A stretch of DNA of 64,000 nt from Octopus vulgaris (taxonomy: Eukaryota). Shown here piece after piece: positions 24,717-38,280 of this stretch. How positions within the stretch are numbered: position 1 is the first letter of the stretch; each line of letters begins with the position of its first letter. The notes beneath the pieces are model-generated. The model worked only from the letters and a program-made list of their open reading frames with translations, did not search any database and had not been told where the DNA came from. The position numbers and the translations under genes were made by a program. The stretch is taken from NCBI GenBank assembly GCA_951406725.2, contig OX597816.1:71486001-71550000 (forward strand). Reading direction: 5' to 3'.

Positions 24717-26104
24717 TGGTGTGTGTTATATCTCTTCCTTCTTTCAGTCATTGGAATGTGGCCATGCTGAGGCACTACCTTGAGGAATTTTAGTTCAACA
24801 AATCAACTTTGGTGCTTACATTTTTTAAAGTTTGGTACTTATTTTATTGACCTAATTTGATGAACCGCTAAGTTATGGGGAGGTAAACACATCAACACCA
24901 ATTGCCAGATAGTGGTGAGAAGACAAACACAGATGTGAACATGCACACACGCACACATCACTTAACATCCACTTTCCAAGCATATTACTCTATCTTTGGT
25001 ATTTTTTCCACTTTGCTTTGCACTTATGTGTTCACCTGTGTGTGTGTGTGTGTGTGTGTATGTGTGTGTGTGCACTCGATCAAACCATCCAACCCATGCC
25101 AGCATGGAAAGTGGATGTTAAACGATGATGATGATATATATATATGTGGTGTGTCTTGCAGGCATGAAGTGGATTCGATCCACCATAGACAATTTTAAAT
25201 TAACAGTTCAACAGAACTTTTCTCATGGTAGACCAATGGTTTTTCTCTAACAGCAGTTTTACATTTGCCAGATGCCTTAGCTAGGCCTGAAATAATGTCT
25301 TCATCACTTGACCTTTCTAACCTCTTCTAGACCACCAAAAGCTAGAATTAAAATAACAAATACCACCAACTAAATCTATTGTTCTCAATGATATGTCAAT
25401 CCTTCTGGATAGTTATAAAAACAAGAATCCCCAAGCAAAAATCAGTTAGTGACTTGGTGACAACTGAATTAGTCAGCTCGTGACAACTCAATCAGTTAGC
25501 TAATGAATGACAACTCGTGAGTTGAGAGAGAATTTCTTTATTCACCATAAGGTTGAGTAAAAGAGGGGCACCAATACGAGGACAGACAAAGCAAACATTG
25601 GAGTCAGGGTATCGAATGAGACAGCCGAAACATATGAATAAACGAACAATTAAAATATATACAATTAAATGAGAATGAGTTATTTTCCAAAAAATGAAGC
25701 GGAGGATGTGGTTGACCCCACAAACCACATACTCACACTGAAGACTTTGCTTTCTCCTTTTACATTCTCGTTTAAACCGGTTCTTTCACTCGCAACATAC
25801 TTGCTATATACTTCCATCTTTTACGAAACACAGTTTGCGACAGGTATTTCTTCTCCAGCCTTATTTTCCGTTTCATGTGGAAAACGAAAAAGTCAATTAG
25901 CTCGAGACTGGAGAAGAGAGCTGACATCAGTTAGTGAACCAACCACTAGAATCATGATCACAAGCAAGACAGCTACTAAAGACAATGGTTAGACAGAGAA
26001 ATTAAATTTACTGTCAGCAACTGTGAGACATCTACCCACGATTCTGCAACTTTCACTAGCTCTAAGTCTGTTCTCTTACAACATCATTCTACCTCTATCT
26101 GCAG

Positions 26105-26200
26105 ATTACTGCTAAGAAATTGGGTACACTATACAAGGAAAATCTATGGCATCTAATTTTTATTTTGCATGCTCTACGATTTCATCACCTGCCCATGGAG
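26105..26200 (+). CDS. candidate 96-nt exon (unconfirmed)
   Basis: Pyrimidine-rich acceptor ttctacctctatctgcAG and donor GAG|GTAAGG. Open in phase 0 (ITAKKLGTLYKENLWHLIFILHALRFHHLPME) within ~1.1 kb lacking the window's repeats. No recognised homology. Confidence 0.25.
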
Positions 26201-26299
26201 GTAAGGTATTGTATAATATAAAGGTAAAAATAAATATTTTCTTCACAACTTCATGCATTGTTTGCCTTACAACATGTCATTGCAATAAATTTCAACCGT

Positions 26300-26336
<37 letters not shown>

Positions 26337-26490
26337 AATGGACTTCTTTCAGTTTCCATCGATCAAAGTCACTCACAAGCCTTTGGTTAGCCTGAGGCGA
26401 TGGCAGAAGACACTCACCCAAGGTGTCACGCAGTGGGACTGAACCCAGAACCATGTAGTTGGGAAGCAAACTTCTTACCACACAGCCACA

Positions 26491-26884
26491 TTACTGGCTT
26501 CCGTGCCGGTGGCACATAAAAAGCACCAACCGATCGTGGCCGTTGCCAGCCTCCCCTGTGACCTGTGCCGATGGCACATAAAAAGCACCTTCCGTACGTG
26601 GCCAATGCCAGCGCTGCCTTGACTGGCTTCCGTGTAGGTGGCAAGTAAAAACCACCAACCGATCGTGGCCATTGCCAGCCTCCCCTGGCACCTGTGCCGG
26701 TGGCACGTAAAAAGCACCCACTACACTCACAGAGTGGTTGGTGTTAGGAAGGGCATCCAGCTGTAGAAACACTGCCAGATCAGACTGGAGCCTGGTGCAG
26801 ACTCCTGGCTTCCCAGACCCCCGGTCAAACCGTCCAACCCATGCTAGCATGGAAAACGGACATTAGACGATGATGATGATGATG
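26491..26884 (+). mobile_element. family C retroposon abutting a minus-strand family A head (26340-26490)
   Basis: Four GTGGCA..TAAAAA.CACC units, core motif and (GAT)n tail. Confidence 0.88.
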
Positions 26885-27535
26885 CAAAAATGAGTTTAAA
26901 GGGGATAAATTATCTTAGTGGTTACTGTGTTTCCCCTTGACTTGGTTTCAGTTGCCGGCTAATAAGAAAATCTCCATACTCTTTATCAATATTAATACTA
27001 TATACATACATATTCTATAATAGAAATTGAGAAACTCAGAGTAGCAACCTTGTGCAACCTCAGCATCAAGTAAATCAATAGACTTCTAGATAACTAGATG
27101 TATTAAATCCATTTTTTTTTTGTTCTCTTTCTCCGACTTGTACATCTAAATGCACACACACACACACACAAGGGATATATCAACACACAGAATATATACA
27201 TATATGCATACACAGGCAGAAACCCATACATACAGTCACACAAATACACATACACACATACACGTGTTATATAATGTCTATTTGGACTGAAAAACATTCA
27301 GCTTCATTATTCCCTTATTCTATTGTTCTTACTCTCTCTCTCTCTCTCTCTCTCTCTCACTTGCTTTGTCTTTCTCTCCCTTGCTCTGCACATATCTCTT
27401 AATCACTCAGTATATCTCACCTCATATCTATCACTCAGTCTCTCTCTCTCTCATTGCCTATTTTTCTTTGTCTTTCTCCTCATCAATCTCTCTCTCTCTC
27501 TCTCTCTCTCTTTTTCTCTGAATTTCATTTCCCAG

Positions 27536-27739
27536 TCCAGATCTTACATAGCTAGTCATCATCATACTGCACGATCAGTACCTCTATCGATTTACTACTA
27601 CAACAATACTAACAACAACAATACCTCTATCAACACAACCGCACTATCTACAACAACAACAATGCCGATGATGATGATATCTCTTAACCATTGTAGTTAC
27701 CTATCCAGATCGTTAGTCTATGACTTGCTGTCTAACTAA
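27536..27739 (+). CDS. candidate terminal exon, low-complexity N/T-rich (unconfirmed)
   Basis: Long pyrimidine tract ending tttcccAG, then phase-0 open frame SRSYIASHHH...YDLLSN*. Phase-compatible with 26105-26200. Confidence 0.15.
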   Translation, partial: SRSYIASHHHTARSVPLSIYYYNNTNNNNTSINTTALSTTTTMPMMMISLNHCSYLSRSLVYDLLSN

Positions 27740-28576
27740 CCATCTACCAACAGCTTCTAAATACACATACATACATACACACATTTATATTGATACACAC
27801 ACACACACACATATATATATATACAAACATATATACACATACACACATATATATATATACAAACATATATACACATATATACACACACATACATAAAACA
27901 CACATAAATACAAACATATACACATACATACAAACACATACACACATATATATACAATATATATATACACACACATACATTTATATACACACATACATAT
28001 ATATGCACATATGCAAATGTGTGTGTCTGTGTGTGTGTATATATACACACACACACACAAACACACACATATATACATATACACATACATTTATATACAC
28101 ACATACATATATACGCACATATGCAAATGTGTGCGTGTTAGTGTATACACACACACACACACATACATACATTCAATTACATAGCATATACACACAGCCT
28201 TTAGAATTTGTTTTTATCAAAAACCTCTCGTTTCATTTCACATTTTTATTTATTACTTCTTAATATATTTTTTTTTTACCATTTTATATAATTATTCCAG
28301 TTTTTATATTTTATTGTTACCTTTTTGGCGGTGTGCATTTTCTTTTGTTTATTTCGTTATCTCATTACATTGTCTTTTCTGGGGTTTTTTTTGGTTCTTT
28401 TTCCTTTGATGTTGTTTAGTCTTTTATCTACCTACCTCTTTATTTAAGCATCTAATTATGTTACCTGGCTTACACACAAACATACACACTCACAACAAGT
28501 AGTTTTGTGTATGAATATTGATGTAACTTATATATGTATGTTATACCTGTAGGTAACACACACACTTATATATGCA

Positions 28577-28626
<50 letters not shown>

Positions 28627-28702
28627 TCCTTGGTCACACACTGCAGTTTTATATGTTTATATAACACTGTATAGCATATGCATGTATCTTATACATAGAT
28701 AT

Positions 28703-28783
<81 letters not shown>

Positions 28784-28822
28784 GTGTGTGTATGTGTATA
28801 TATATATATGCACACACACCCA

Positions 28823-29000
28823 GTTACCTGATTTGTTTAATATATTTATCTAATACCTATATAACATGTTTGCACAGGTATATTATACAATATGCATATT
28901 TAATAAACATGCGGTTACCTGATTTGTTTAATATATTTATGTAATACCTATATAACATGTTTGCGCAGGTATGCTATGCATATTTAATAAATATAATATG
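28823..29000. repeat. 91-bp tandem duplication, with partial copies at ~29382 and ~29478
   Basis: GTTACCTGATTTGTTTAATATATTTAT.TAATACCTATATAACATGTTTGC.CAGGTA at 28823 and 28914. Confidence 0.8.
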
Positions 29001-29293
29001 TGTGTGTATATATATATGAAACGTGGAGTAGATAAAACAGGGGACAACTGATGAAGGGAATGTTCTTTATGTTGCATGTCTTGTTTCTCTATTTGTTTCT
29101 TTCGTTCTTCGAAAAAAAGTTCATTTTCCATGTTTTTGTTTTTCATATACTTGTTTCTCATTTTGTTCACGTTTTTTTTTGACATCCTGTACCCATATAT
29201 GCATGTATATATACATATCTATGTATGCATGTATATATGCATATATATATTATTTGTATTAATATATGATCGAATGCCATGCATCTATTTCCA

Positions 29294-29376
<83 letters not shown>

Positions 29377-30364
29377 ACACAGTTACTTGATTTGTTTAAT
29401 ATATTTATGCAATAAAATATGTATATATATATATTTAATAAATATAATATAATATATTATATATACTCACATACATAGTTACTTGATTTATTTAATACAT
29501 TTATGTAATACCTAGGTAATGTATATACAGGTGTGTTATACAATATATATTTAATAAATATACTATAATATATAATATTATATATATATAATGTCCTTTG
29601 TTTAATGTGCTTGCATATCTATCTACATACCTTACCAGTTTTATAGCAATGAAAGGAGAGAAAGGGTAAGAATAGAAGGGGAAAAGAAAGTGTGATAGAG
29701 AAAGGAACAGATTGCATGTGTGTATGTATGTGTGTGTCATCAGTAGATATTGATTATATCGTACCACTTAAAGAGAATGTTGGCATTTACTCAAATATTC
29801 TCAATAGATCTAGTTATGTAGAGACAACAGGTAGAGCATCTATCTTTGTATTGTTCATCGTTGCTGCACTGGTGTGTTGTGTTGTGAGCAGTTGTGTGTA
29901 GATTCACTGCAGTATTGTGTGTACACCTTGTGTACTTCTGTGTATGTGTGAGTATCTGTTGTGCTGTTGTATGCCAACTCACTGCACAATTACGTGTGTG
30001 GACACACGTATATTCACTGCACGGTTATGTACAAACTTGCTGCATAGATGTGTGTAGAACCAGCTATGTATCAACAATGCGTTAAGCGACTGCATGTCTG
30101 TGCACTTAGTAACAACACTGTCGGGTGTAATCTTTCTGCAGTGCTGTGTGTAAAGACACTTCTCAGCTGAATGTAATCTTTCAGCATAGCTATGTGTAAT
30201 ATCAGGAGATAACTATATGTAAACTAACTGCACATACATGTGCAATATCTGTGCATCTGTGTGTAAACTCTCTGCAAAGCAATGTTAAACTTATTGCTGA
30301 CATGCATAAGTTGTCTGCACAGTTATGTGCAATCTTAAAGTACACCTGTGAGTAAATTGAAAGG

Positions 30365-30708
30365 GTAATGGGTAAAGACCCCCTTCGGTCATGAATGACC
30401 ATGGGATTGCACCTAGAAATTCCCCTCTGATGCACAAATCTGGTCAAGGTTGTTTATGGAAGACCAGCAGTCGCCCATGCATACCGGCCTCCCACCTCCA
30501 TGCCACCGATTATTCAAAAGAAATGGCAATGGCTGATACAGCTTGACACCAGTGATATCGCAACACATTTCTACAGCTGAGTGAACTGGAGCAATGTGAA
30601 ATAAAGTGTCTTGCTCAAGAACACAACACGTAGCCCAATCTGGGAATCGAACTCACTACCTCGTGATTGTGAGCCCAATACTCTAACCACTGAGCCATGC
30701 CCCTTCAC
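30365..30708 (-). mobile_element. tRNA-headed SINE with family D-like head and a different 3' end
   Basis: Minus strand: TGGCTCAGTGGTTAGAG...GAGTTCGATTCCC...GTGTTCTTGAGCAAGACAC, then a distinct body ending in CTTTACC-like repeats. Confidence 0.8.
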
Positions 30709-30949
30709 TGTGCAAACTTATTGCACAGCTATGCTTAAATGCACTCCACAGCTGTGTGTAAACTCACTGCACAGCAATGCGTAAACTCACAGCATGCCAG
30801 TGCATAAACTCATTATATGTGTGCATAAGGTCTCAGCACATCTGTGTGTAAACTTACTATAAATGTGTGTAAACTTACTGAACACATGTGAAAAATTTAT
30901 GCCTGGCTATTTCCAATCCGAGAGTACACTTGCACATAAACTCACTGTA

Positions 30950-31499
30950 TGTATTCTTTTATTTGTTTCAGTTATTTGACAGTGGCCATGCTGGAGCACC
31001 ACATTTTTAGTCAAACAAATCAACCCCAGGACTCATTCTTTGTAAGTCTAGTATTTATTCTAGCCATCTCTTTTGCTGAACTACTACTGTTATGGGGGCG
31101 TAAACATACCAGCATCGGTTGTCAAGTGATGTTGGGGGGACAAACACAGACACACAAACACATATATAGGGGGAGAATTCACAAAAAAAAATATGACGAA
31201 GACAGGTGTTGTAGACAACAAACAGATGCATTAGTATAATGCTCGGGAAGTGAAAAAGTGTTTAACATTTCGAGCCTTCGCTCTTCCACAGAAAGAAACA
31301 CAGAAAGAAACAGGGAGAGAAAATAAGGAATATGTAGTGGCTAGTCATCTATCAGTTTCTGTCTACCAAATCCACTCACAAGGCTTTGATTGGCCTGAGG
31401 CTACAGTAGAAGACACTTTGCTCAAGGTGCCACACAGTGGGACTGAAGCCAGAACCATGTGGTTGGTAAGCAAGCTACTTACTATACAGCCACTCCTGT
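30950..31499 (-). mobile_element. family A SINE carrying a hammerhead-like module (31165-31345) in its internal microsatellite
   Basis: A tail at 30950-31160, A head at 31350-31499, unrelated insert between them. Confidence 0.85.
31261..31295 (-). ncRNA. hammerhead-like motif, variant core
   Basis: Minus strand: cttt-CTGTGGA-a-gagc-gaag-gctc-GAAA-tgtt-aaa. Perfect stem II, but the core deviates from CUGANGA. Confidence 0.45.
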
Positions 31500-31669
31500 A
31501 AACTTTCTGCACAGCCACATGTAGACATATGGTAAATGTGTATATCCTCTCTGCATAGATGTGTGTGTAAATTCACTGTTGTAAATTCCTTGTACAACTG
31601 TGTGTGAACTCACAGCACATCTCTGTGTAAACTTACTGTAGAAATGTATAAAGTGGAGATATGTGGTTT

Positions 31670-31831
31670 AGGCACAGGCATAGCTGCATGGTAAGAAGCT
31701 TGCTTCTCAACTACATGGTCGCCGGTTCAGTTTCATTGTGTGGCACCTTGGGCAAGTGTCTTCCAGTATAGCCTCAGGCCGATCAAAGTTTTGTGAATGG
31801 ATTTGGTAAACAGAAACTGAAAAAAGCCCAT

Positions 31832-31884
<53 letters not shown>

Positions 31885-32073
31885 TGTTTGAGAATCAGTG
31901 TTGGTGTGTCTACATCCCTGTAACTTAGCAGTTTGACAAAAGAAACTGATAGAATAAGTACCAAGCTTTAAAAAATAAATCCTGGAGTCGATTTGTTTGA
32001 CTAAAACCCTTCAAGGCGGTACCGCAGCATGGCCACAATCAATAATGACTGAATCAAGTAAAAGATAAAAGAT
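31670..32073 (+). mobile_element. family A SINE, full length
   Basis: Head, internal (TA)n and tail CAAGTAAAAGATAAAAGA. Confidence 0.88.
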
Positions 32074-32319
32074 ATAGATTCTTGATAAATGTAGACATTA
32101 AATAAATATAGATGCTACATAAATGCAGATACTTGATAATGCTACAGTAACCACTGAGTGCTATTTATAAGTACAGCTAACCTTTGCAAATATTAACTGA
32201 TCAAACAGGTATCAAACTGGATTGGGAAATGCTACATCATGTGGACTAAGGTACTATCCAGGAGATGGCTCTGTTTTGCTTTTTAGTGTAAAGTGGGGGT
32301 GTTAGTCATTCCCACATTG

Positions 32320-32575
32320 GTAATATCAGTGTAGTTGAAGGACAACTTAAAGGTCGTGTATGTGGGGGAAATCATAGATAAAGTGGTCTGCAGGGAAGGC
32401 CATGTATGGAAAACAAAAGTAAGGTGGGTTGTACAGAAGGGCATGTAAGGAAAATGATATGTGGAATGGTTTGTGTGGAAGGACATACATTTAAAACATA
32501 GATAAGGTACTTGGTAGGGAAAACAGAAGCAAAGCATTCTGGAGAGAAGGGCATGTTAAGAAATCATAGGCAAAG
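32320..32575. repeat. degenerate ~41-bp purine-rich minisatellite
   Basis: CATGTA.GGAAA...GG..TG....GAAGG units at ~32360, 32401, 32442 and 32484. Confidence 0.6.
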
Positions 32576-32641
32576 TTAGAGTTTTATTATAGCAACCGCA
32601 TAATTGTCATATATATATGTATGTATACAGCTATATACATA

Positions 32642-32885
32642 CAGGGTTGGCCAGAAGTTACCCGACAGTATATCAAAATTCCATAAATACTTAATATTCA
32701 GTTTTATTTATTCATTCCAATTATGAATATTTAATAACTGAATGTCGTGAATTAAAAAATCACCATTGTGTTTTTTTCAACGTTTGTCTATTTATTAGCA
32801 AAGTCACATATAAAATAATTTTTTGTTTTAATCTTGGAATTACATGGGTTTTGATTTACTGTCAAGTGACATATGGCTAACCCTG
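32642..32885. mobile_element. Tc1/mariner-type MITE
   Basis: TA-CAGGGTTGGCCAGAAGTTACCCGACAGTA...TACTGTCAAGTGACATATGGCTAACCCTG-TA, imperfect 29-bp TIR. Confidence 0.8.
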
Positions 32886-32910
32886 TATGTATGTGTATAT
32901 ATATATATAT

Positions 32911-33153
32911 CATTAAAGATATAGGGTTAAAGATTATTAATTTAATAAAATCAACAAATTTCACCCAGTAGTTTTTCAGTATGGAAAAGGACCATATTCA
33001 GTAAAAACTTATATAAAAAGTTTTTTTTATATATAATTATAACAATAAGGGTTTAGCAACAAGTTGCTTGACCACATACTGAAAATTTTAGAAATAGCAG
33101 CCAAATGACAACTATTTCTATTTTCGGTATGTGGTCAAGCAACTTGTTGCTAA

Positions 33154-33158
<5 letters not shown>
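32911..33158. mobile_element. (TA)n-flanked fold-back element, hairpin 3, related to hairpin 1
   Basis: Arms 33048-33097 and 33112-33158. Shares TTGCTT.ACCACATAC.GAA..TTTAGAAATAGCAGCCAAA with 4124-4163. Confidence 0.85.
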
Positions 33159-33207
<49 letters not shown>

Positions 33208-33646
33208 TGTAGTGGTTCCTGCTATAGCCTAGGGCCAACCTAAGCCTTGTGAGTTGATTTGGTAGATGGAAACTGAGAGAATCCTATTGTGTGCATGTGT
33301 TTATGTTCCTAAAACCCTTACAATAAGGGTTAATATCAGGAAGAGCATCCAACTGTCGAATATTGCTGTTATAAGACTCATCCAACAAGAAGAAATGTGG
33401 ACATAAAAGTAACAATAACAACGAAGATGATGTGAGAAAATCAGAAATAGAATCGAGGAAAAATATACTACAATAATTCATTCAGATTTTGGTTCAAGGC
33501 CTGCAGTTTTTGAAGGACGGTAGAACTCAATGCATTAACCCCTGACCTGACTGGTACATATTTTATCAACCCCGTAAAGATGAAAGACAAAGTCAACAAA
33601 TAAGAATAATAATAATCATGTACATTGTTTTGTCTTGGTATAAAAG

Positions 33647-33891
33647 TGGAGGCGCGTGGCTTAGTGGTTAGGGTGTTGAACTCATGATCGTAAGGTTGTG
33701 GTTTCGATTCTTGGACTGAGCGATGTGTTGTGTTCTTGAGCAAAACACTTCACTTCACATTGCTCCAGTCCACTCAGCTGGCAAAAATGAGTAATCCTGC
33801 GATGGACCGGAGTCCCGTCCAGGTGGGGAATTTCTACCCAACTGAAACTGGGAAACCGGCTCTTATGAGCCTAGCATGGCTCGAGAATGAA
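33647..33891 (+). mobile_element. family D-headed SINE with 13-bp TSD
   Basis: TSD CTTGGTATAAAAG at 33634-33646 and 33892-33904. The 3' end is similar to 3445-3552. Confidence 0.9.
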
Positions 33892-34556
33892 CTTGGTATA
33901 AAAGATGGGCTAAAGCAAATATTCTGCTCAATACCACAGAGTTGCTTGTCACTTGTTTGACCTTAACCAGATGAGCATGTCCCTTAGTGGTTGATGATAT
34001 GTGCATCTCTGATCATGAGCAGAAGTAGTTGGGGAGCATCATAGTCATGTGTTGAGAGGGATTCTTTGGGGTTTGGATAATTCACCTTTGGAAACATGGG
34101 TGTTTCGTTCAACATCCTTAAACAACATCCCTTTTGAGCAGGATAGGTTAATCAACCAGAAGAAAATTCTAACTGGGCCCCGCCTGCCAGGTCATGTGCT
34201 GTTTCTCTTGATATGCGATCACCATGTCATGCACATTTGGTTGTGATGCATGTGCCTTGTGTACCCTTGTCAGACGGGTAGTCATGATGTGTATACTGGG
34301 CTTCGTATATTTTACCTCAGTGTCACTTTGATGGTATGCACTGCTCTCTCACTCAATAATAAAGATTTTAAAATTTGGAACAAGGCCAGCAATCTTGGGA
34401 GAGGGGCTAAGTTGATTAAATCAACTCCAGTGCTCAACTGGTACTTATTTTCTTAACCCAAAAAGGATGAAAGGCAAAGTTGACTTCAATGACATTTGAA
34501 CTCAGAATGCTAAGCATTACGCCCAGCGTGGTAACGACTCTGACAGCTAACTGCCT

Positions 34557-34588
<32 letters not shown>

Positions 34589-35433
34589 CATTTCTACTAC
34601 GGGCACAAGGCCTGAAGTGGTGGGGGAGGGGCTAGTCAATTATATTGACACCAATGTGTAACTGGTACTTATTTCATTGGCCTTGAAAAAGTGAAAGGCA
34701 AGTTGACCTCGGCAGAATTTGAACTCAGAATGTAAGGACAGATGAAATGCTACTAAGCATTTTACCCAGCATTTCATGATAATTATTCTGCCAGCTCACC
34801 ACCTTTATAATAATATTAATAATAATATTGTAGAGGTACAATGGCCCAATGGTTAGGGCAGCGGAGTCACGATCATAGGATCACAGTTTCGATTCCCAGA
34901 CCGAGTGTTGTAAGTGTTTATTAAGCGAAAAATCCCTAAGCTCCGTGAGGCTCTGGGCAAGGGGTCATGGCAAACCCTGCTGTACTCTTTCTCTACAATT
35001 TTCTCTCACTCTTTCTTCCTGTTTCTGTTGTACCTATATTTCAAAGGGCCAGCTTTGTCACACTCTGTCACGCTGAATCTCCCACAATGGCTAAACATAG
35101 AGGGGACAAACAAAGGGATTAAGTCAATTACATCGACCCCACTGCGTAACTGGTACTTAATTTATAGACCCCGAAAGGATGAAAAGCAAAGTCGACCTCA
35201 GCGGAATTTGAACTCAGAACGCAGCAGCAGACGAAATAACACAAAGCATTTCGCCCGGCTTGCTAACGTTTCTGCCAGCTCGCAATAATAATAATAATAA
35301 TAATAATGTTGGTGTTCTCATTCCATTATTATAATGGAATAAAACCTATAATAAGGATTTACATTATTATAATAAATACCAGTCTGATAGGATTTACTGA
35401 AGTGAAAAGATAGAGAAATAAACACATATATTC

Positions 35434-35493
<60 letters not shown>

Positions 35494-36504
35494 TGAAAAG
35501 AACAGAAGTCTTGAGGGAGACTGCTGGAAGTGAAGAAACTTCATTCAAGAGGTGAGTCCCTGAGTTTCTAAGTGAGCCTCATGGGGATGACAGAAGATAT
35601 TTCCTTAGAAGAGAAACTTAGCAAACCATCATAAGAAAAAGAAATTGCTTTAAACACAATCGAGAGAAGTAGATAGAGAAAGAAAGAACAAACAAAACAT
35701 TATATCAAAGGGGTTAGGTGTTAAACATAATGTCATAAGAGAGGAGATGCGAAAGGAAAGCAGTAAGCAAGCACATGGCTTAATGGTTAGGGGCTTCAGC
35801 TCATAATAGGAAGGTTGTGTTCTTGAACAAGACGCTTACAATAGTAAGGTGATAAGTTCAATTCCTGGAGACAAGTTGTGCCCTGGAGCAAGAGACTTTA
35901 TTTTACATTGCTCCACTCAGCTGTCAAAAATGAGTAGTACCTGTATTTAAAAAGGCTGAATCTCCCCGAGAACTATGTTAAGGGTACATGTAAGACTGTG
36001 GAGTGCTTAACTACTTGCATGTTAATACCGCGAGCAGGCTGTTCCCCTGATCAAATCAGTTAGAACCTTCATCGTTGTGCCTGACAGAATGCCAGCTTTA
36101 AACATTAACTGGAAGAACAAAGGAAGAACACTAATTCCTACAGAGATACAAGGCCTCAAATTTTAACTGGTACTTAATTCATCAGTTCCAAAAGGGAAAA
36201 AAAAAATGGTCAAATTGTGTTTGAACTCACAACATAAAACCTGGAAAAATGCTGCTGGGTATTATGAAAAAGTATAAGCAACACCACTGCTGCTGAGGTG
36301 GTATTAATGTGAAGACACGCAGAGACAAACGCATACATGCATGTTCATGCCAAAACACACACACATATACACATACACACACATATTTTTTACCATTTAC
36401 TTCTTTCAGTAATTAGACTGTGGCCATGCTGGGGCATTGCTTTGAAGATTAATAAATATGAAAACAAGTACTAATTGTCATCATTATTTAATGTTCTTCT
36501 TTAA

Positions 36505-36900
36505 GGCAGTGAGCTGGCAGAAACATTAGCACGCCGGGCGAAATGCTTAGCGGTATTTCGTCTGCCATTATGTTCTGAGTTCAAATTCTGCCAAGGTCGA
36601 CTTTGCCTTTCATCCTTTTGGGGTCGATAAATAAAGTACCAGTTACGCACTGGGTCGATGTAATCGACTTAATCGGTGTGTCTGTCTTTGTTTGTCCTCT
36701 CTGTGTTTAGCCCCTTGTGGGTAGTAAAGAAATAGGTATTTCACCTATCACTATGATCTGAGTTCAAATTCTGCTGAGATCGACTTTGTCTTTTATCTTT
36801 ACAGGGTCTATAAATTAAACACCAATGAAACACTGGGATCATTGTAATCGACTAGTCCCCTCCAAATATTTCAGGCCTTGTGCCTATAGTAGAAAGGATT
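36505..36900 (+). mobile_element. family B SINE dimer
   Basis: Full unit followed by a second unit starting at GGTATTTC, with the alternative tail. TGTTCTTCTTT flanks both sides. Confidence 0.85.
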
Positions 36901-37386
36901 ATTTTGTTCTTCTTTTCATACCGGCATGGGTTAGATGGGGCTCCTGAGACAGCGTTTTGCATTTGGATGCCTTTGCTTTTACAAACACTTATAGTCGCCT
37001 CTTCAGAAGCATAGGAACACAGTGTACCTATTTTAATACAGGGGCATATCTGGTGAAAAAAATATCAATAAATACTAAAATTTATAGTTTAAAAATGCTA
37101 TTAAGATACTAATAAACATTTTTGAAAATACTAATGAAATACGTGAAAAAAATTTTAGTAGAATAGTTTTAAAATGATAAAAAAAAATATGTAGAAAATA
37201 TACTAAAAAATATAGAAATAAGCTCAACCCCTAAAAAGAAGTTCACAGATAAAACGAAATAAAAAGAAAGCCTCTAATTAATAATTAAAAGATCTAATGT
37301 AAAAGGCGAGTAATTAATATTGGTTTTGAAAGTTGTGTGTTTATGTGTGCTTGCACATTTATTCAAGTGAAGTTTGTTCGGAGAGA

Positions 37387-37449
<63 letters not shown>

Positions 37450-37629
37450 GAATTTGTAGAAATAACGTTGACAGAACGGAAATAGTTGTAACATATAATT
37501 AGTAACATAATTAGTAACATAATGGTGGTTTTTGTGATTCTGAAGCTATAAAATACTGATTGGATAGTGGGGTGGAGGTAAGTGGGTGGAGGACAGGGAA
37601 AAATAAAGAATTACATGTGAGTGTGTGTC

Positions 37630-38280
37630 TATATCTATCTATACATATATACACACATATACATATATATACATATATATATATATATACATATATACAT
37701 ATACATACATATATATACATACATATACATAAACATACATATATACATACATATACATACATATATACATATATTCATACACATATATACATACATATAT
37801 ATATATACATACACATATATACATATATATACATAATACATATATACATACATATATATACATGATACATATATACATACATATATATATATACATAATA
37901 TATATATACATACATATATATATATACATACTATATATATACATACATATATATATATACATACATATACATACATACATACATATACATACATACATAC
38001 ATATACATATATATATACATACATATACATACATACATACATATACATATATATATATATATACATACATATACATACATATACATATATATACATACAT
38101 ACATACATATACATATATATATATACATACATACATACATATACATATATATACATACATACATATACATACATACATATATATATACATATACATACAT
38201 ACATATATATATACATACATACACATATACATCCACACACACACACACACATATATATAAATATAGATATACACACATAT
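37630..38280. repeat. complex (TA)/(TACA) microsatellite
   Basis: About 650 bp almost entirely A/T/C di- and tetranucleotide repeats. Confidence 0.95.

Larger units (their letters stand above)
29870..31645. repeat. old degenerate ~23-bp minisatellite interrupted by SINEs
   Basis: Recurrent GCTGTGTGTAAACTCACTGCACA-like units. Confidence 0.7.

Noticed and set aside
29048-29070. CTGATGAAGGG hammerhead core in a TA-flanked module
   Set aside because: No downstream stem II plus GAAA found, so it is not counted as a ribozyme motif.
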